Shown piece by piece: positions 49,885-59,888 of a stretch of DNA of 64,000 bases. The stretch is from an uncultured Chloroflexia bacterium (lineage in GTDB: Bacteria; Chloroflexota; Limnocylindria; Limnocylindrales; CSP1-4), in NCBI GenBank assembly GCA_963707215.1, contig CAVPPB010000002.1:288001-352000 (forward strand), in the 5' to 3' direction. Each line of letters begins with the position of its first letter. The first letter of the stretch is position 1. A program made the position numbers and the translations under genes. The notes below the pieces were generated by a model, which did no database searches, was not told the origin of the DNA, and worked only from the letters and a program-made list of their open reading frames with translations.

Positions 49885-50838
49885 ATGCCGTTTCGGGAGA
49901 CCTTCGACTGCCTCTGGTGCGGTGCGCCGCATGCGGTCCGCGGACCCGGGGATCTGGAGGGCTGGGCGCAGCTCTGCCCGACCTGCCTGGGGCGCGTGGG
50001 CGACAACCCCTTCCTGCGTTTCCGCCTGCGGACCGCCATCGACGAGCGGGCGGCATCGCGGGCCGCCGACCGACCGGTCGCGGCGCCGAGCCGCGAGGAG
50101 CACGAGGCGTCCGACCTCGCCGCCTACTACGAGGCCCGCGCCGCCGAGTACGACGACTGGTACCTGCGGCGCGGCCGCTACGATCGCGGGCCCATCGCCA
50201 CCGTGGCCTGGCAGGCCGACCTCGACGAAGCGACTCGCTGGCTCGACGGACTCCCGTGGGGCGGGCGGATCGTCGAATTGGCCGCCGGGACCGGCTGGTG
50301 GTCGCCGATCCTCGCCTCCCGAGGTGAGCTGTGGTGCTTCGATGCCGCCGCGGCGCCCCTGGATCGCGCCCGCGACCGACTCCTGGCCCACGGCCTCCGA
50401 GCCCATCTCCACGTCCGCGACGCCTGGGCGGAGCCGGACGAGCCGGCCGACGGCCTGTTCACCGGGTTCTGGCTGAGCCATGTCAGGCCCGACCGCCTGC
50501 CGGCGTTCCTGGCCCTTGCCCGGCGTTGGCTGCGGCCTGGTGGCAGGTACGCCTTCATCGACTCACGGCCGGACCCGGAGTCCGGTGCGCCCGACCAGTC
50601 GCCGCCGGACGCGACCGGGATCTCCACCCGGCGTCTTGCCGACGGGCGGACCTTCCGCATCCCGAAGCTCTACCACGACCCGGAGACCCTGGCCGGGGAG
50701 CTGCGACGGGCCGGTTTCGAGGACGTCGACGTGCGGACGACGAGCCGTTTCTTCGTCCTGGGACGGGCCGGATCGGGCGAGGCCGGCCCGGGCAAGGTCG
50801 AAGCATCCGACGACCGCCGGGATCCTCCCGGGCCGTAG
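49885..50838 (+). CDS. Class I SAM-dependent methyltransferase with N-terminal zinc ribbon
   Basis: CLWC..CPTC N-terminus; YYEARAAEYD, VELAAGTGWW, FWLSHV, LRPGG. Confidence 0.82.
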   Translation: MPFRETFDCLWCGAPHAVRGPGDLEGWAQLCPTCLGRVGDNPFLRFRLRTAIDERAASRAADRPVAAPSREEHEASDLAAYYEARAAEYDDWYLRRGRYDRGPIATVAWQADLDEATRWLDGLPWGGRIVELAAGTGWWSPILASRGELWCFDAAAAPLDRARDRLLAHGLRAHLHVRDAWAEPDEPADGLFTGFWLSHVRPDRLPAFLALARRWLRPGGRYAFIDSRPDPESGAPDQSPPDATGISTRRLADGRTFRIPKLYHDPETLAGELRRAGFEDVDVRTTSRFFVLGRAGSGEAGPGKVEASDDRRDPPGP

Positions 50839-50944
50839 CCCGCAGGAGCACGTGGGCCCGGGTCCAGGTGGCCGCCGTCCCGCGTGCCGGGCCCCCGGGC
50901 CGTGGGTCGCGCCCGGGCCGGGGCCCGCCCGTATACTCCCGGCG

Positions 50945-51826
50945 ATGTCGCCCCTCCAGGACCGGACCATCGCGACGGTCGGCACCGGGGTGATGGCCGA
51001 GGCCATCATCGCGGGGCTCCTGCGCGCCGGCCTCGTCGAGCCGCCGCAGGTGGTCGCCAGCCACGCACGACCCGAGCGGCGCGAGCACCTCGAGCGCGAG
51101 TACGGCATCCGTGCCGTCGGCACCAACGTCGAGGCCGTCGAGGGGGCCGACATCGTCCTCCTCGCCATCAAGCCCCAGATGCTCGTCCGGGTCGGCCGCG
51201 AGATCGGACCGCACCTCCGACGCGGCCAGCTCGTCCTGTCGGTGCTGGCCGGGGCCACGACGGCGGCCATGACCGCGGTCCTGGGTCACGACCAGGTCGT
51301 CCGGAGCATGCCCAACACGCCGGCCCGTCTGGGGCACGGCATGACCGTCTGGTACGCCACGCCGGCGACGACCGCTGAGCAGCGGGCCCAGGCCGCCGCG
51401 TTGCTGCGAGCCTTGGGCGCCGAGCTGGAGGTCGACGACGAGAAGTTCGTGGCGATGGCGACGGCGGTGTCGGGGACCGGCCCGACCTATGTCTTCCTCG
51501 TCATGGAAGCCCTCATCGACGCGGCGGTCCACCTCGGGTTCCCGCGCCACATCGCCCACGACCTGGTCATCGAGACGCTCGAGGGCAGCACGCTCTTCGC
51601 GAAGCAGAGCGGGATGCATCCGGCCGAGCTCCGGAACATGGTCACCTCGCCGGGCGGGACGAGCGCGGCCGCCCTGCACGAGTTGGAGTCCGGCCGCCTT
51701 CGCACGGTCCTCTCCGAGGCCGTCTGGGCCGCCTTCCACCGAACCGTCGAGCTGGGTGACCAGCTCGAGCGCTCGGCCCTTCCGTCGGACGACGAGGCGC
51801 GCGACCCGACGAACCGATCGCGATGA
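50945..51826 (+). CDS. proC: Pyrroline-5-carboxylate reductase
   Basis: GTGVMA, AIKPQ, RSMPNTP, SGTGPTY, VTSPGGTS. Confidence 0.93.
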   Translation: MSPLQDRTIATVGTGVMAEAIIAGLLRAGLVEPPQVVASHARPERREHLEREYGIRAVGTNVEAVEGADIVLLAIKPQMLVRVGREIGPHLRRGQLVLSVLAGATTAAMTAVLGHDQVVRSMPNTPARLGHGMTVWYATPATTAEQRAQAAALLRALGAELEVDDEKFVAMATAVSGTGPTYVFLVMEALIDAAVHLGFPRHIAHDLVIETLEGSTLFAKQSGMHPAELRNMVTSPGGTSAAALHELESGRLRTVLSEAVWAAFHRTVELGDQLERSALPSDDEARDPTNRSR

Positions 51827-52902
51827 CGACCTCCGGCTCGAGCCCTGGGATCGACCTCCGGCGAGCCCCGCTGCAGGTCATCAGGAGCCTCGACCTGCGC
51901 TCTCCCGACCGGGATCTGTGGGCCGACGAGCGAGCCATCTGGGATCGCTTCGCGGCCTCGTGGGCAGGTCTCGACGACGCAGCCTGGCGGCTGGCCGGGG
52001 CGGCCCCGTCGGACGCCGGCGGGCCGGATTGGTCGCTCCTCGATCACGTCGCTCACACGGCGCACTGGCAGGAGGTCGCCATCGGCTACGTCGCCGAGGC
52101 CGAGCGGACCGGTCGGTGGCCATCCGACGAGGACTTCGACGGCGGCGATTTCGACCGCTACAACGAGCGGATGCGGACGCCCTGGGAGGGCCTGTCCCCG
52201 GGCGAGGTCCGGACGCGGCTGATCGCCGGGCACGATCGCCTCCTCGAGGCGGTGCGGCGGCTCGACCCGACGGTGGTCCGCTCCGACGAGGCCTGGGGCT
52301 GGATCTTCATGACCCTCCACGGTCACCAGCTCGACCATCTCGGCATCATCGAGCCGTGGGCGGAGCGCCTCCGCGAGCGACAGGCTGGCCACGACCCCTT
52401 CGTGGCCGACCCGCGGCCCGGCCCCGGCGAGGACCCGCTGGCCGGGTTCCTGGCGGCCGAGGCCTCGGCGATGGCCCTATGGCAGGACCTGCTCGCTGAT
52501 ATCCCGACCGAGCGCTGGACCGAGTCGCCGGTCACGCCGGGCTGGACGCTCCGGGATCACGTCGCCCACCTGGCCGACTGGTTCGCCGAGGGTGCGGCGG
52601 CCATCGAGGACCATCTCCGTGGGAGCCCCTGGCGCGACGGACCCGAGGAGGGCTTCGACGCCTGGAACGAGCGGGCGCTCGAGCGGCACCGGGATGAGAC
52701 GCCGACGGCCGTCCTCGAGCGGTTCTCCGCCTCGCGCCAACGCCTGCTGGAGCTGGTCGCCGCACTACCGACGGAGACCCTGCTGAGCGAGGATGGCTGG
52801 TCCTGGTCCTACGAGTGCCTGCACGGTCATGTCCGATCCCACCTCGCCATGATCGGCCCGTGGTGTGCGCGCATCGACTGGCCACCGGCCGATCCGGCAT
52901 GA
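51823..52902 (+). CDS. Tandem DinB/MDMPI-superfamily protein
   Basis: Two copies of W(S/T)L.DHVAH.A.W..FD..NER..(H)GH...H. Confidence 0.75.
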   Translation: MTTSGSSPGIDLRRAPLQVIRSLDLRSPDRDLWADERAIWDRFAASWAGLDDAAWRLAGAAPSDAGGPDWSLLDHVAHTAHWQEVAIGYVAEAERTGRWPSDEDFDGGDFDRYNERMRTPWEGLSPGEVRTRLIAGHDRLLEAVRRLDPTVVRSDEAWGWIFMTLHGHQLDHLGIIEPWAERLRERQAGHDPFVADPRPGPGEDPLAGFLAAEASAMALWQDLLADIPTERWTESPVTPGWTLRDHVAHLADWFAEGAAAIEDHLRGSPWRDGPEEGFDAWNERALERHRDETPTAVLERFSASRQRLLELVAALPTETLLSEDGWSWSYECLHGHVRSHLAMIGPWCARIDWPPADPA

Positions 52903-53558
52903 CGACGCCCGATCCCGAGCCCGGAGCCAGCGTGCCGGACCCGCGCCTGGAGCTGGACCTGCTGGCCGCCCAGCTCGAGCGGATGCGGGCGATGCTCTTC
53001 GGCTACTCGTCGATGTTCTTCGCCCGGATCCGCGACTGGACGATCGTGTCGATCGCGCTCCTGGTCCTGGGCGGAAGCGGGCTGGTCCCGGCCGCGATCG
53101 CCCCGGTGCCGTTCATCGTGCCGTTCGCCTTCCTCGAGACCGGCTATCTCTTCTACTACACGGTCTTCGCCCGGCGACACGCGGAGCGTCTCGAGCAGGC
53201 CATCAACGATCGGGCCGGCCGCGAGGTCCTCGCTGCCCATCGACTCGAGGCGGCCTACTTCTACGAGCCCGACGCCCCGAAGGTCGCCGCCCTCAGCCTC
53301 CGCCGCCCGTTCGGCTACACGTCGGCGATGACCGTCGGCTACTCGGTCGGCGCGCTACTGCTGTGGGTCGCCGGGATCGTCGGCCTGGCCGACCTCGTCG
53401 GGTCGCTGGTGGAGCCTGGCTTGATGGCCTTCGCCGTGCCGGTGGCCCTCGTCTGGACCGGCGCGATCGTGGCCTACCTCCTCTGGACCTTCCTCCGGCG
53501 GCCCGATGAGCGGCGACTCCTCGACGCCCTCGAGACCAGCTACCGCCTCAAGGCCTGA
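52899..53558 (+). CDS. Hypothetical four-TM membrane protein
   Basis: ATGA overlap with upstream gene; hydrophobic helices; coding-like codon usage. Confidence 0.7.
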   Translation: MTTPDPEPGASVPDPRLELDLLAAQLERMRAMLFGYSSMFFARIRDWTIVSIALLVLGGSGLVPAAIAPVPFIVPFAFLETGYLFYYTVFARRHAERLEQAINDRAGREVLAAHRLEAAYFYEPDAPKVAALSLRRPFGYTSAMTVGYSVGALLLWVAGIVGLADLVGSLVEPGLMAFAVPVALVWTGAIVAYLLWTFLRRPDERRLLDALETSYRLKA

Positions 53559-53560
53559 GC

Positions 53561-54538
53561 GTGCCGTCGAACGGGCTGCCGGCCCTGGCCGAGCGAGGCA
53601 TGCGATCGGCGTTGCTGTCGCTCTCGCGGCGGCGCTCCCTCGGGCGCCTGGCGACGCGGCTGCCGGTGACCCGCGAGATGGTCCGACGTTTCGTGTCGGG
53701 CGAGCGCCTCGAGGAGGCGCTCCCGGCGCTCGAGCGGATCGCCGCCGGTGGCCTCGCCACGACGGTCGACGTGCTCGGTGAATCCGTCGACTCGGCCGAG
53801 GCGGCCGATGCCGCGGCGGACCGGTACATCGTCCTGCTCGAGGCGATCGCCGAGCGCGGGATCGACCCGAACGTGTCGCTGAAGCTGACCCAGATGGGCC
53901 TCGACGTGGACCTGACCGTCTGTCGGGCCAACGTCGAACGGATCTTCCGCCGGGCCGCCGAGCTCGGGGCCTTCGTCCGGATCGACATGGAGGATCACAC
54001 CAGGACCGACGCCACGCTGGCTCTGTGGCGCGATCTGAGGGCGGTAAACCCCGCCAGCGGCGTCGTCGTCCAGTCGGCCCTTCGACGGAGCGCCGACGAT
54101 GTCGACCGGCTCATCGGCGAGGGGGCCCGCGTCCGGCTCTGCAAGGGGGCCTACAAGGAGCCGGCCGCCGTGGCGTTCCAGGAGAAGGCCGAGGTGGACC
54201 GAGCGTACGTCGACCTTATGGACCGCCTCCTCGTCGAGGGGACCTACCCCGCCGTCGCCACCCATGACCCGCGGATCATCCGGCGGGCCATCGCCCTCGC
54301 CGGGCGGGAGGGCATCGGCCCGGAGCGGTTCGAGTTCCAGATGCTCTACGGCGTCCGCCGCGACCTCCAGGAGCGCCTGGTGGCCGACGGCTGGACCGTC
54401 CGCGTGTACGTGCCGTTCGGCCGCGAGTGGTACCCGTACTTCATGCGCCGCCTGGCCGAGCGCCCGGCCAACGTGGCCTTCCTGCTGCGGAGCGTCCTCC
54501 GCGAGGGTCGCGGCGGAGAGGTGGGTCGGCCTGACTGA
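53561..54538 (+). CDS. putB: Monofunctional proline dehydrogenase
   Basis: RRFVSGE, SLKLTQMG, RIDMED, RLCKGAY, ATHD, FQMLYG, YFMRRLAERP. Confidence 0.92.
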   Translation: MPSNGLPALAERGMRSALLSLSRRRSLGRLATRLPVTREMVRRFVSGERLEEALPALERIAAGGLATTVDVLGESVDSAEAADAAADRYIVLLEAIAERGIDPNVSLKLTQMGLDVDLTVCRANVERIFRRAAELGAFVRIDMEDHTRTDATLALWRDLRAVNPASGVVVQSALRRSADDVDRLIGEGARVRLCKGAYKEPAAVAFQEKAEVDRAYVDLMDRLLVEGTYPAVATHDPRIIRRAIALAGREGIGPERFEFQMLYGVRRDLQERLVADGWTVRVYVPFGREWYPYFMRRLAERPANVAFLLRSVLREGRGGEVGRPD

Positions 54539-54648
54539 GCCGACCCATGGCGGTCCGGTCCGGCGGGCAGACGAACGCCGCCGGGGAGGAGGGCCCCAGC
54601 GGCGTTCCGGGTCGGCGAGTGGCGGCCGTCAGGCGGCCACCGGGTGCG

Positions 54649-54747
54649 CTAGAACCAGCGCCGGCCGGCCTCGAGCGCGAGCGCCATCGACGCCAGCGCC
54701 GAGAGGACCAGGACCACCCGGACGGTCTCGAGCTTGATCCGCTTCAT
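54649..54747 (-). CDS. 32-aa signal-peptide-like small protein ending LEAGRRWF
   Basis: GAAGGGAG SD; MKRIKLETVRVVLVLSALASMALALEAGRRWF; high GC3; not in the ORF track; paralog at 43471-43575. Confidence 0.75.
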   Translation of the reverse strand: MKRIKLETVRVVLVLSALASMALALEAGRRWF

Positions 54748-54905
54748 CGTCGCTCCCTTCGGCGCCTCCGTGAGTGGGCACGGTCGGAGGCGCTAGGGGG
54801 ACAACGTACGAGGCGATACGGCATCTGCCCATGGCCCGGAGGTACCGGTACCCCCCAGGACGCAGGTCCGGTGCAGCCGCGCACCGTGACCCGCGGATGG
54901 TCCTG

Positions 54906-55469
54906 TCAGGCGGCCCCGGGGCCGGCCGTGTCGGCTGATGGCTGCCCGCTGGTCGGCTGCCGCATCCCGGCCACGATGGCGACGGCGATGCCGACCCCGA
55001 TGAGCACGTCGCCGACCGAGAACACGTTGGCCAGCGGCAGCCATGACGGCATCGCGAACACGTCGGTGAGGAACCAGAGGGCCGGATCCGCGACGACGAT
55101 GCTGTTGGCGGCGTCCTCGGCCGGTCTGCCGAGCGCCGCCAGGGCGTCCGGGTCGGCCGGCATCGCCCCGCCGTTGGCCAGGATCGCGGCCAGGTTGAGC
55201 CCCGCGCCGACAGCGACGAGGGCAAGCCCGGGGATGCGGACGTTGACCAGCACGACGACGAGAACGAGCGCTGTCGAGCCGACGTAGAGGATCGACACCA
55301 GGTCTTCGACGAGCGACGCGCCGAGATCGCTGAACAGGACCACCTGACCGCCCAGCCCGAGGAGGGCGAGCGGCAACCAGCGGATCCGAAGATCGGCCAA
55401 CCGGCCCAGGCGGCCGCCGGCGAGGCGGCCGGCGATCAGGCCCGCGAGGACCGCGTAGAGGATGAACAC
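54906..55469 (-). CDS. DUF5317-family membrane protein
   Basis: GGRLGRLA N-terminus, LNLAAILANGGAMP, LWFLTDVF, VFSVGDVLI. Confidence 0.8.
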   Translation of the reverse strand: MFILYAVLAGLIAGRLAGGRLGRLADLRIRWLPLALLGLGGQVVLFSDLGASLVEDLVSILYVGSTALVLVVVLVNVRIPGLALVAVGAGLNLAAILANGGAMPADPDALAALGRPAEDAANSIVVADPALWFLTDVFAMPSWLPLANVFSVGDVLIGVGIAVAIVAGMRQPTSGQPSADTAGPGAA

Positions 55470-55546
55470 GGCCGCAGTGTCGCACGGGGCTGCTCCCGTG
55501 GCGCCGGTGGCGCATCATCGACCCGACGCCCAGCCAGGAGGATCCA

Positions 55547-56374
55547 GTGAGCGAGCCGCAAGCGACCATCCACCCATTCGTCGCGGGCCGGAGCCGCATC
55601 CGCCGGCGGGTCCTGGCCGGCGAGACGACCGTCGGAGCCTTCGTCAACCTGGCCGCGCCGATGAGCGCCGAACTGCTGGCCCGGGCGGGCTTCGACTGGC
55701 TGATCGTCGATCTGGAGCACGGCGCCGGGACCGAGGCCGACCTGCTGGGCCAGCTCTACGCGATCGAGTCGACCGGCGACCTGGGCGGGCGTATCACCGC
55801 GGCCCTGGTCCGACCCCAGGAAGGGACCCGCCTGGGCATCGGCCGCGCCCTCGATCTCGGAGCGGAGGGGATCATGGTCCCCCGGCTCGAGACCGTCGAC
55901 GAGGTCCGCCGGGTCGTCTCCTGGCTGCGCTGGCCGCCGGCCGGGGTCCGAGGGCTGGCCCTGGGCACCCGCGGCGCCGAGCAGGGTGAGGTCGCCCACG
56001 GCGGGGTCCGCGACCTGAACGACCGGATCCTCGGTGTCGTCCAGGTGGAGAGCGGCGCCGCCGTCGAGGCGTCCGCCGAGATCGCGGCGATCGACGGGGT
56101 CGACGTCCTCTTCGTGGGACCGACCGACCTGTCCCACGCCCTCGGGGTCCCGGGTCGTTTCGACGACCCGGTCTTCGGCGAGGCGCTGCGGACCGTCGTG
56201 GCCGCCTGCCGGGCCAACGGCAAGGCGCCGGGCATCCTCCTCCGCCGGCTCGGCGATCTCGATCGTTACCTCGCCCTGGGGTTCACCTTCGTGGGGCTCG
56301 GCTCGGACGGCGCCTTCGTCAGCGACGGCGCGGCGACGGCCGTGGCGGCCGCCCGGGAACGCCTGGGCGGCTGA
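55547..56374 (+). CDS. HpcH/HpaI aldolase family protein
   Basis: GFDWLIVDLEHG, ALDLGAEGIMVP, QVES, LFVGPTDLS. Confidence 0.9.
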   Translation: MSEPQATIHPFVAGRSRIRRRVLAGETTVGAFVNLAAPMSAELLARAGFDWLIVDLEHGAGTEADLLGQLYAIESTGDLGGRITAALVRPQEGTRLGIGRALDLGAEGIMVPRLETVDEVRRVVSWLRWPPAGVRGLALGTRGAEQGEVAHGGVRDLNDRILGVVQVESGAAVEASAEIAAIDGVDVLFVGPTDLSHALGVPGRFDDPVFGEALRTVVAACRANGKAPGILLRRLGDLDRYLALGFTFVGLGSDGAFVSDGAATAVAAARERLGG

Positions 56375-56559
56375 GCCGTGCGACCTCGTCGGCTCCGGTC
56401 AGGTCGGGAAGCCGACCGACCCTGGGTCCCTCCCACGGCCCGCCATTCGGCCCTGTCCACGACCGGCCGAGCGGGCGAAGGTACGCGGGTGTCGCGCTGT
56501 GCCCCGGCCGCTGACCGCCACCGCGTCGTACCACTGCAACCGGCATTCGGAGACGGACC

Positions 56560-57501
56560 ATGACCTCGCACCTGCTGGATTGCCGTGACCTGCGGAAGCG
56601 CTTCGGGGACCGCGTCGCCGTCGACGGGGTGAGCTTCCACATCGACGCCGGTGAGACCTACGGCCTGCTCGGGCCCAACGGGGCGGGCAAGACGACCTCG
56701 ATCTCGATGGTCTGCGGCCTGCTGCGCCGGGACGGCGGCGAGGTCACGGTGGACGGGCGGCCGGTGGACATCGGGGCGACCGCGGTCAAGGCGGTCATCG
56801 GCTACGTGCCCCAGGACCTGGCCCTCTACCCAGACCTGTCGGCCCGCGAGAACCTCCGCTTCTTCGGCCGCCTCCAGCGGCTCTCGGGGAAGGACCTCGC
56901 CGGCCGGGTCGCCGAGGTCCTTGAGCTCATCGGCCTCGCGGACCGGGCCAACGACCGCGTCGATTCATTCTCCGGCGGCATGAAGCGCCGCCTGAACATC
57001 GGCATCGGGCTGCTCCACCGACCCAAGCTGCTGGTCCTCGACGAGCCGACCGTAGGCGTCGACCCGCAGAGCCGGAACGCGATCCTCAGCAGCGTCGACG
57101 AACTGGGCCGCGAGGGCCTGGCGATCCTCTACACGACCCACTACATGGAGGAGGCCGAGCGGCTCTGCGACCGCATCGGGATCATCGACCAGGGCCGGAT
57201 CATCGCCGAGGGGACCCGTCGCGAGCTGGTCGGCCTGATCGGCCAGCGGGACCGCCTCACCCTCGTGGCCGGTGGCCCGCTGGGCCCCGTCGCCGAGGCA
57301 CTGGGACGCCTCGAACGGGTCGACGAAGCGACCGCCTCGGACGGTCGGATCGAGCTCGTCGTCAGCGAGGCACGCAGCCTGCTGCCGCTCGTCCTCGAGG
57401 TCGCCGGGGCGACCGGGGCGGAGGTCCGCAGCGTGGAGATCGTCGAGCCTGATCTCGAGGCGGTCTTCCTCCACCTCACCGGCAAGGCCCTGCGGGACTG
57501 A
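56560..57501 (+). CDS. ABC exporter ATP-binding protein
   Basis: GPNGAGKTT, FSGGMKRR, LDEPTVGVDPQSR, YTTHYMEE. Confidence 0.92.
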   Translation: MTSHLLDCRDLRKRFGDRVAVDGVSFHIDAGETYGLLGPNGAGKTTSISMVCGLLRRDGGEVTVDGRPVDIGATAVKAVIGYVPQDLALYPDLSARENLRFFGRLQRLSGKDLAGRVAEVLELIGLADRANDRVDSFSGGMKRRLNIGIGLLHRPKLLVLDEPTVGVDPQSRNAILSSVDELGREGLAILYTTHYMEEAERLCDRIGIIDQGRIIAEGTRRELVGLIGQRDRLTLVAGGPLGPVAEALGRLERVDEATASDGRIELVVSEARSLLPLVLEVAGATGAEVRSVEIVEPDLEAVFLHLTGKALRD

Positions 57502-57509
57502 CCGACGCC

Positions 57510-58694
57510 ATGCGAGCTGCCCTGACCATCGCCGCCAAGGACCTCCGCCTTCGCGTCCGCGACCGCTCCGCGCTCATCGTTTCGCTCGGGGCGCCGCTCA
57601 TCCTGGCGACGATGTTCGCGCTCCTCCTGCCCTCGGAGGACGGCGGCTTCCACGCCGATCTCGCCGTCGTCGACCTCGACGGCGGGCCGGTGGCGGTCGG
57701 CCTCGTCGAGGGGCCGCTGGCCGGCCTGGAGGCGGCGGACGTCGCGACGCTGACGACCGCGACGAGCGCGGCACAGGCCGACTCGATGGTGGCCGACGGG
57801 GAGGTCGACGCGGCCATCGTCATCCCGGCTGGCCTGACCGTCGCCGTGACCGCCGGGCAGGGCGCCGAGATCACCGTCATCGGCACGCCCGAGGCGGCCC
57901 TCTCCGCCCAGCTGGCCCGCTCGGTCGTCGAGGGCTACGCTCACCAGGTCGAGGCGATCCAGCTCTCCGTGACGACCACCCTCGCGGTAACCGGGCTGGC
58001 GCCCGATCCGGCCACCCTGGAGCAGCTCGCCACCCAGGCGATCGCCCTCGAAGCCCCGATCGCCATCCGCGACGAGGCCGCGCAGGCGGCTCGCGAGGCG
58101 TCGAGCGCGACCTACTACGCCGCTGCGATGGCGGTGCTGTTCGTCTTCTTCGCGGCCCAATTCGGCGTGGTCAGCATCCTCGGGGAGCGCCGCGAGGGGA
58201 CCCTGGCCCGGATGCTGGCCGCCCCGATCGCCCCGTCGACGGTGCTCCTCGGGAAGGTCCTCGTCAGCATCGTCATGTGCATCGTCTCGATGACGGTCAT
58301 CGTCGTGGTCTCGACGCTGGCCCTGGGCGCCGAGTGGGGCGACCCGCTTCCGCTGGCCGCCCTCATCGTCGCGATCTCGATCGCCGCCAGTGGGATCTCG
58401 ATGCTCGTCGTCGGCTTCGCCAGGACCGAGGATCAGGCCGGCGGCCTGACGGCCATCGTGGCGATGACCCTGGCCGTCCTGGGCGGCTCGTTCTTCCCGA
58501 TCACCCAGGCCCCCGAGATCCTGACGCGGCTCAGCAACCTGACGCCGCACGCCTGGTTCCTGTCCGGCGTGGCAGAACTGTCGGGCGGGGGCGGCTTCAC
58601 CGCGATCGCGCCCGCGCTCGGAGTCCTCCTGGCCATCGGCCTCGTCACCGGCGGGCTCGGCCTGCTCCGGGCCCGCGCCGTGGTCCGCGGCTGA
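57510..58694 (+). CDS. ABC-2 exporter permease with large extracytoplasmic loop
   Basis: KDLRLRVRDR N-terminus, AVVDLD, ERREGTLARM, six TM helices. Confidence 0.87.
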   Translation: MRAALTIAAKDLRLRVRDRSALIVSLGAPLILATMFALLLPSEDGGFHADLAVVDLDGGPVAVGLVEGPLAGLEAADVATLTTATSAAQADSMVADGEVDAAIVIPAGLTVAVTAGQGAEITVIGTPEAALSAQLARSVVEGYAHQVEAIQLSVTTTLAVTGLAPDPATLEQLATQAIALEAPIAIRDEAAQAAREASSATYYAAAMAVLFVFFAAQFGVVSILGERREGTLARMLAAPIAPSTVLLGKVLVSIVMCIVSMTVIVVVSTLALGAEWGDPLPLAALIVAISIAASGISMLVVGFARTEDQAGGLTAIVAMTLAVLGGSFFPITQAPEILTRLSNLTPHAWFLSGVAELSGGGGFTAIAPALGVLLAIGLVTGGLGLLRARAVVRG

Positions 58695-59857
58695 TGAGCA
58701 CGCTCGAGATCGCCCGCATCGCGGTCGTCCGGCTGACCCGGGATCGCCTCGGCCTGTTCTTCGTGTTCCTCCTGCCGGTCGTCATCATCCTCGTCCTCGG
58801 CCTGATGTACGGCGGACGGACCGCCCCGCGGCTCGGCATCGTCCAGGCCGACGACGGAGCGCTGGCGAGCGATCTCCTCGAGACCATCCGCGCCGGAAGC
58901 CTGGCCCTCGAGGAGCGGTCGTACGAGACACCGGACGAGCTCCGCGACGCCGTCGAGCGCGGCCTCGTCGAGATCGGGCTGGAGATCCCGGCCGACTACA
59001 CCGCGACCGTCGAGCAGAGCGGGACCGCCACCCTGACCGTCCGGGGCCAGGCGACGAGCGTCCTCACCGCCCTGCGCCGGGCCGTCGAGACCGCTGTCGC
59101 CGAGCAGTCCGGGAGGATCCGGGCGGCCCGTCTGGCGCTCGACCACGGGTCCAGCGACTTCGACGAGGCCTATGCCGCTGCCGCGGAAGCCCAGGCCGAA
59201 CTGGCCGGGGTCACGGTCGTCGTCGAGACGGTCGGGGAGGGGATCTTCCCCGAGACGACCGGAGCGTTCTCGATCGGCGCCCAATCGCAGCTCGTCCTCT
59301 TCATGTTCCTGACCTCCATGACCGCAGCGACCCAGCTCATCCTTACCCGCCAGCTGGGCGTCTCGCGGCGGATGCTGGCCGGGCCCACGCCGGTCCGGAC
59401 GATCCTGCTGGGTGAGACCCTGGGCCGGTTCGGCGTGGCCATGGTCCAGGGGCTCTTCATCGTCATCGTCTCGATGGTCGCTTTCGGGGTGGCCTGGGGT
59501 GATCCCCTGGCGGCCAGCCTGCTCGTCGTCGCCTTCGCCCTCGTGGGGACCGGCGCGGCGATGGTCGTCGGGGCGGTGTCGGACAACCCCGACCAGGCCA
59601 GCTCCCTCGGCATCATGGCCGGGATGGCGCTGGGCGCCTTCGGCGGGGCCATGGTCCCGATCGAGATCTTCCCGCCTGTCATGCAGACCCTCGCCCACCT
59701 GTCGCCGCACGCCTGGGCCATCGAGGGCTTCCGCGCGCTCCTCGTTCCGGGCAGCGGGGTCGTCGACGTGCTGCCCCAGATCCTGGTCCTGCTCGCCTTC
59801 GCGGCCGGGCTGCTGACGATCGGGGTCTGGCGGTTCCGGAGCGCCATCACCGCCTGA
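58694..59857 (+). CDS. ABC-2 exporter permease (second)
   Basis: TGATG coupling; RDR..LFF, GGAMVP, SPHAWA, six TM helices. Confidence 0.87.
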   Translation: MSTLEIARIAVVRLTRDRLGLFFVFLLPVVIILVLGLMYGGRTAPRLGIVQADDGALASDLLETIRAGSLALEERSYETPDELRDAVERGLVEIGLEIPADYTATVEQSGTATLTVRGQATSVLTALRRAVETAVAEQSGRIRAARLALDHGSSDFDEAYAAAAEAQAELAGVTVVVETVGEGIFPETTGAFSIGAQSQLVLFMFLTSMTAATQLILTRQLGVSRRMLAGPTPVRTILLGETLGRFGVAMVQGLFIVIVSMVAFGVAWGDPLAASLLVVAFALVGTGAAMVVGAVSDNPDQASSLGIMAGMALGAFGGAMVPIEIFPPVMQTLAHLSPHAWAIEGFRALLVPGSGVVDVLPQILVLLAFAAGLLTIGVWRFRSAITA

Positions 59858-59888
59858 GCGTGCGCTCGTGGTGCAGGGCGTGGGGGCG

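Noticed and set aside
56560-59857. ABC exporter as the dedicated transporter of the AGxRW micropeptides
   Set aside because: Opposite strand, separated by an aldolase gene, no peptidase domain; proximity alone is insufficient
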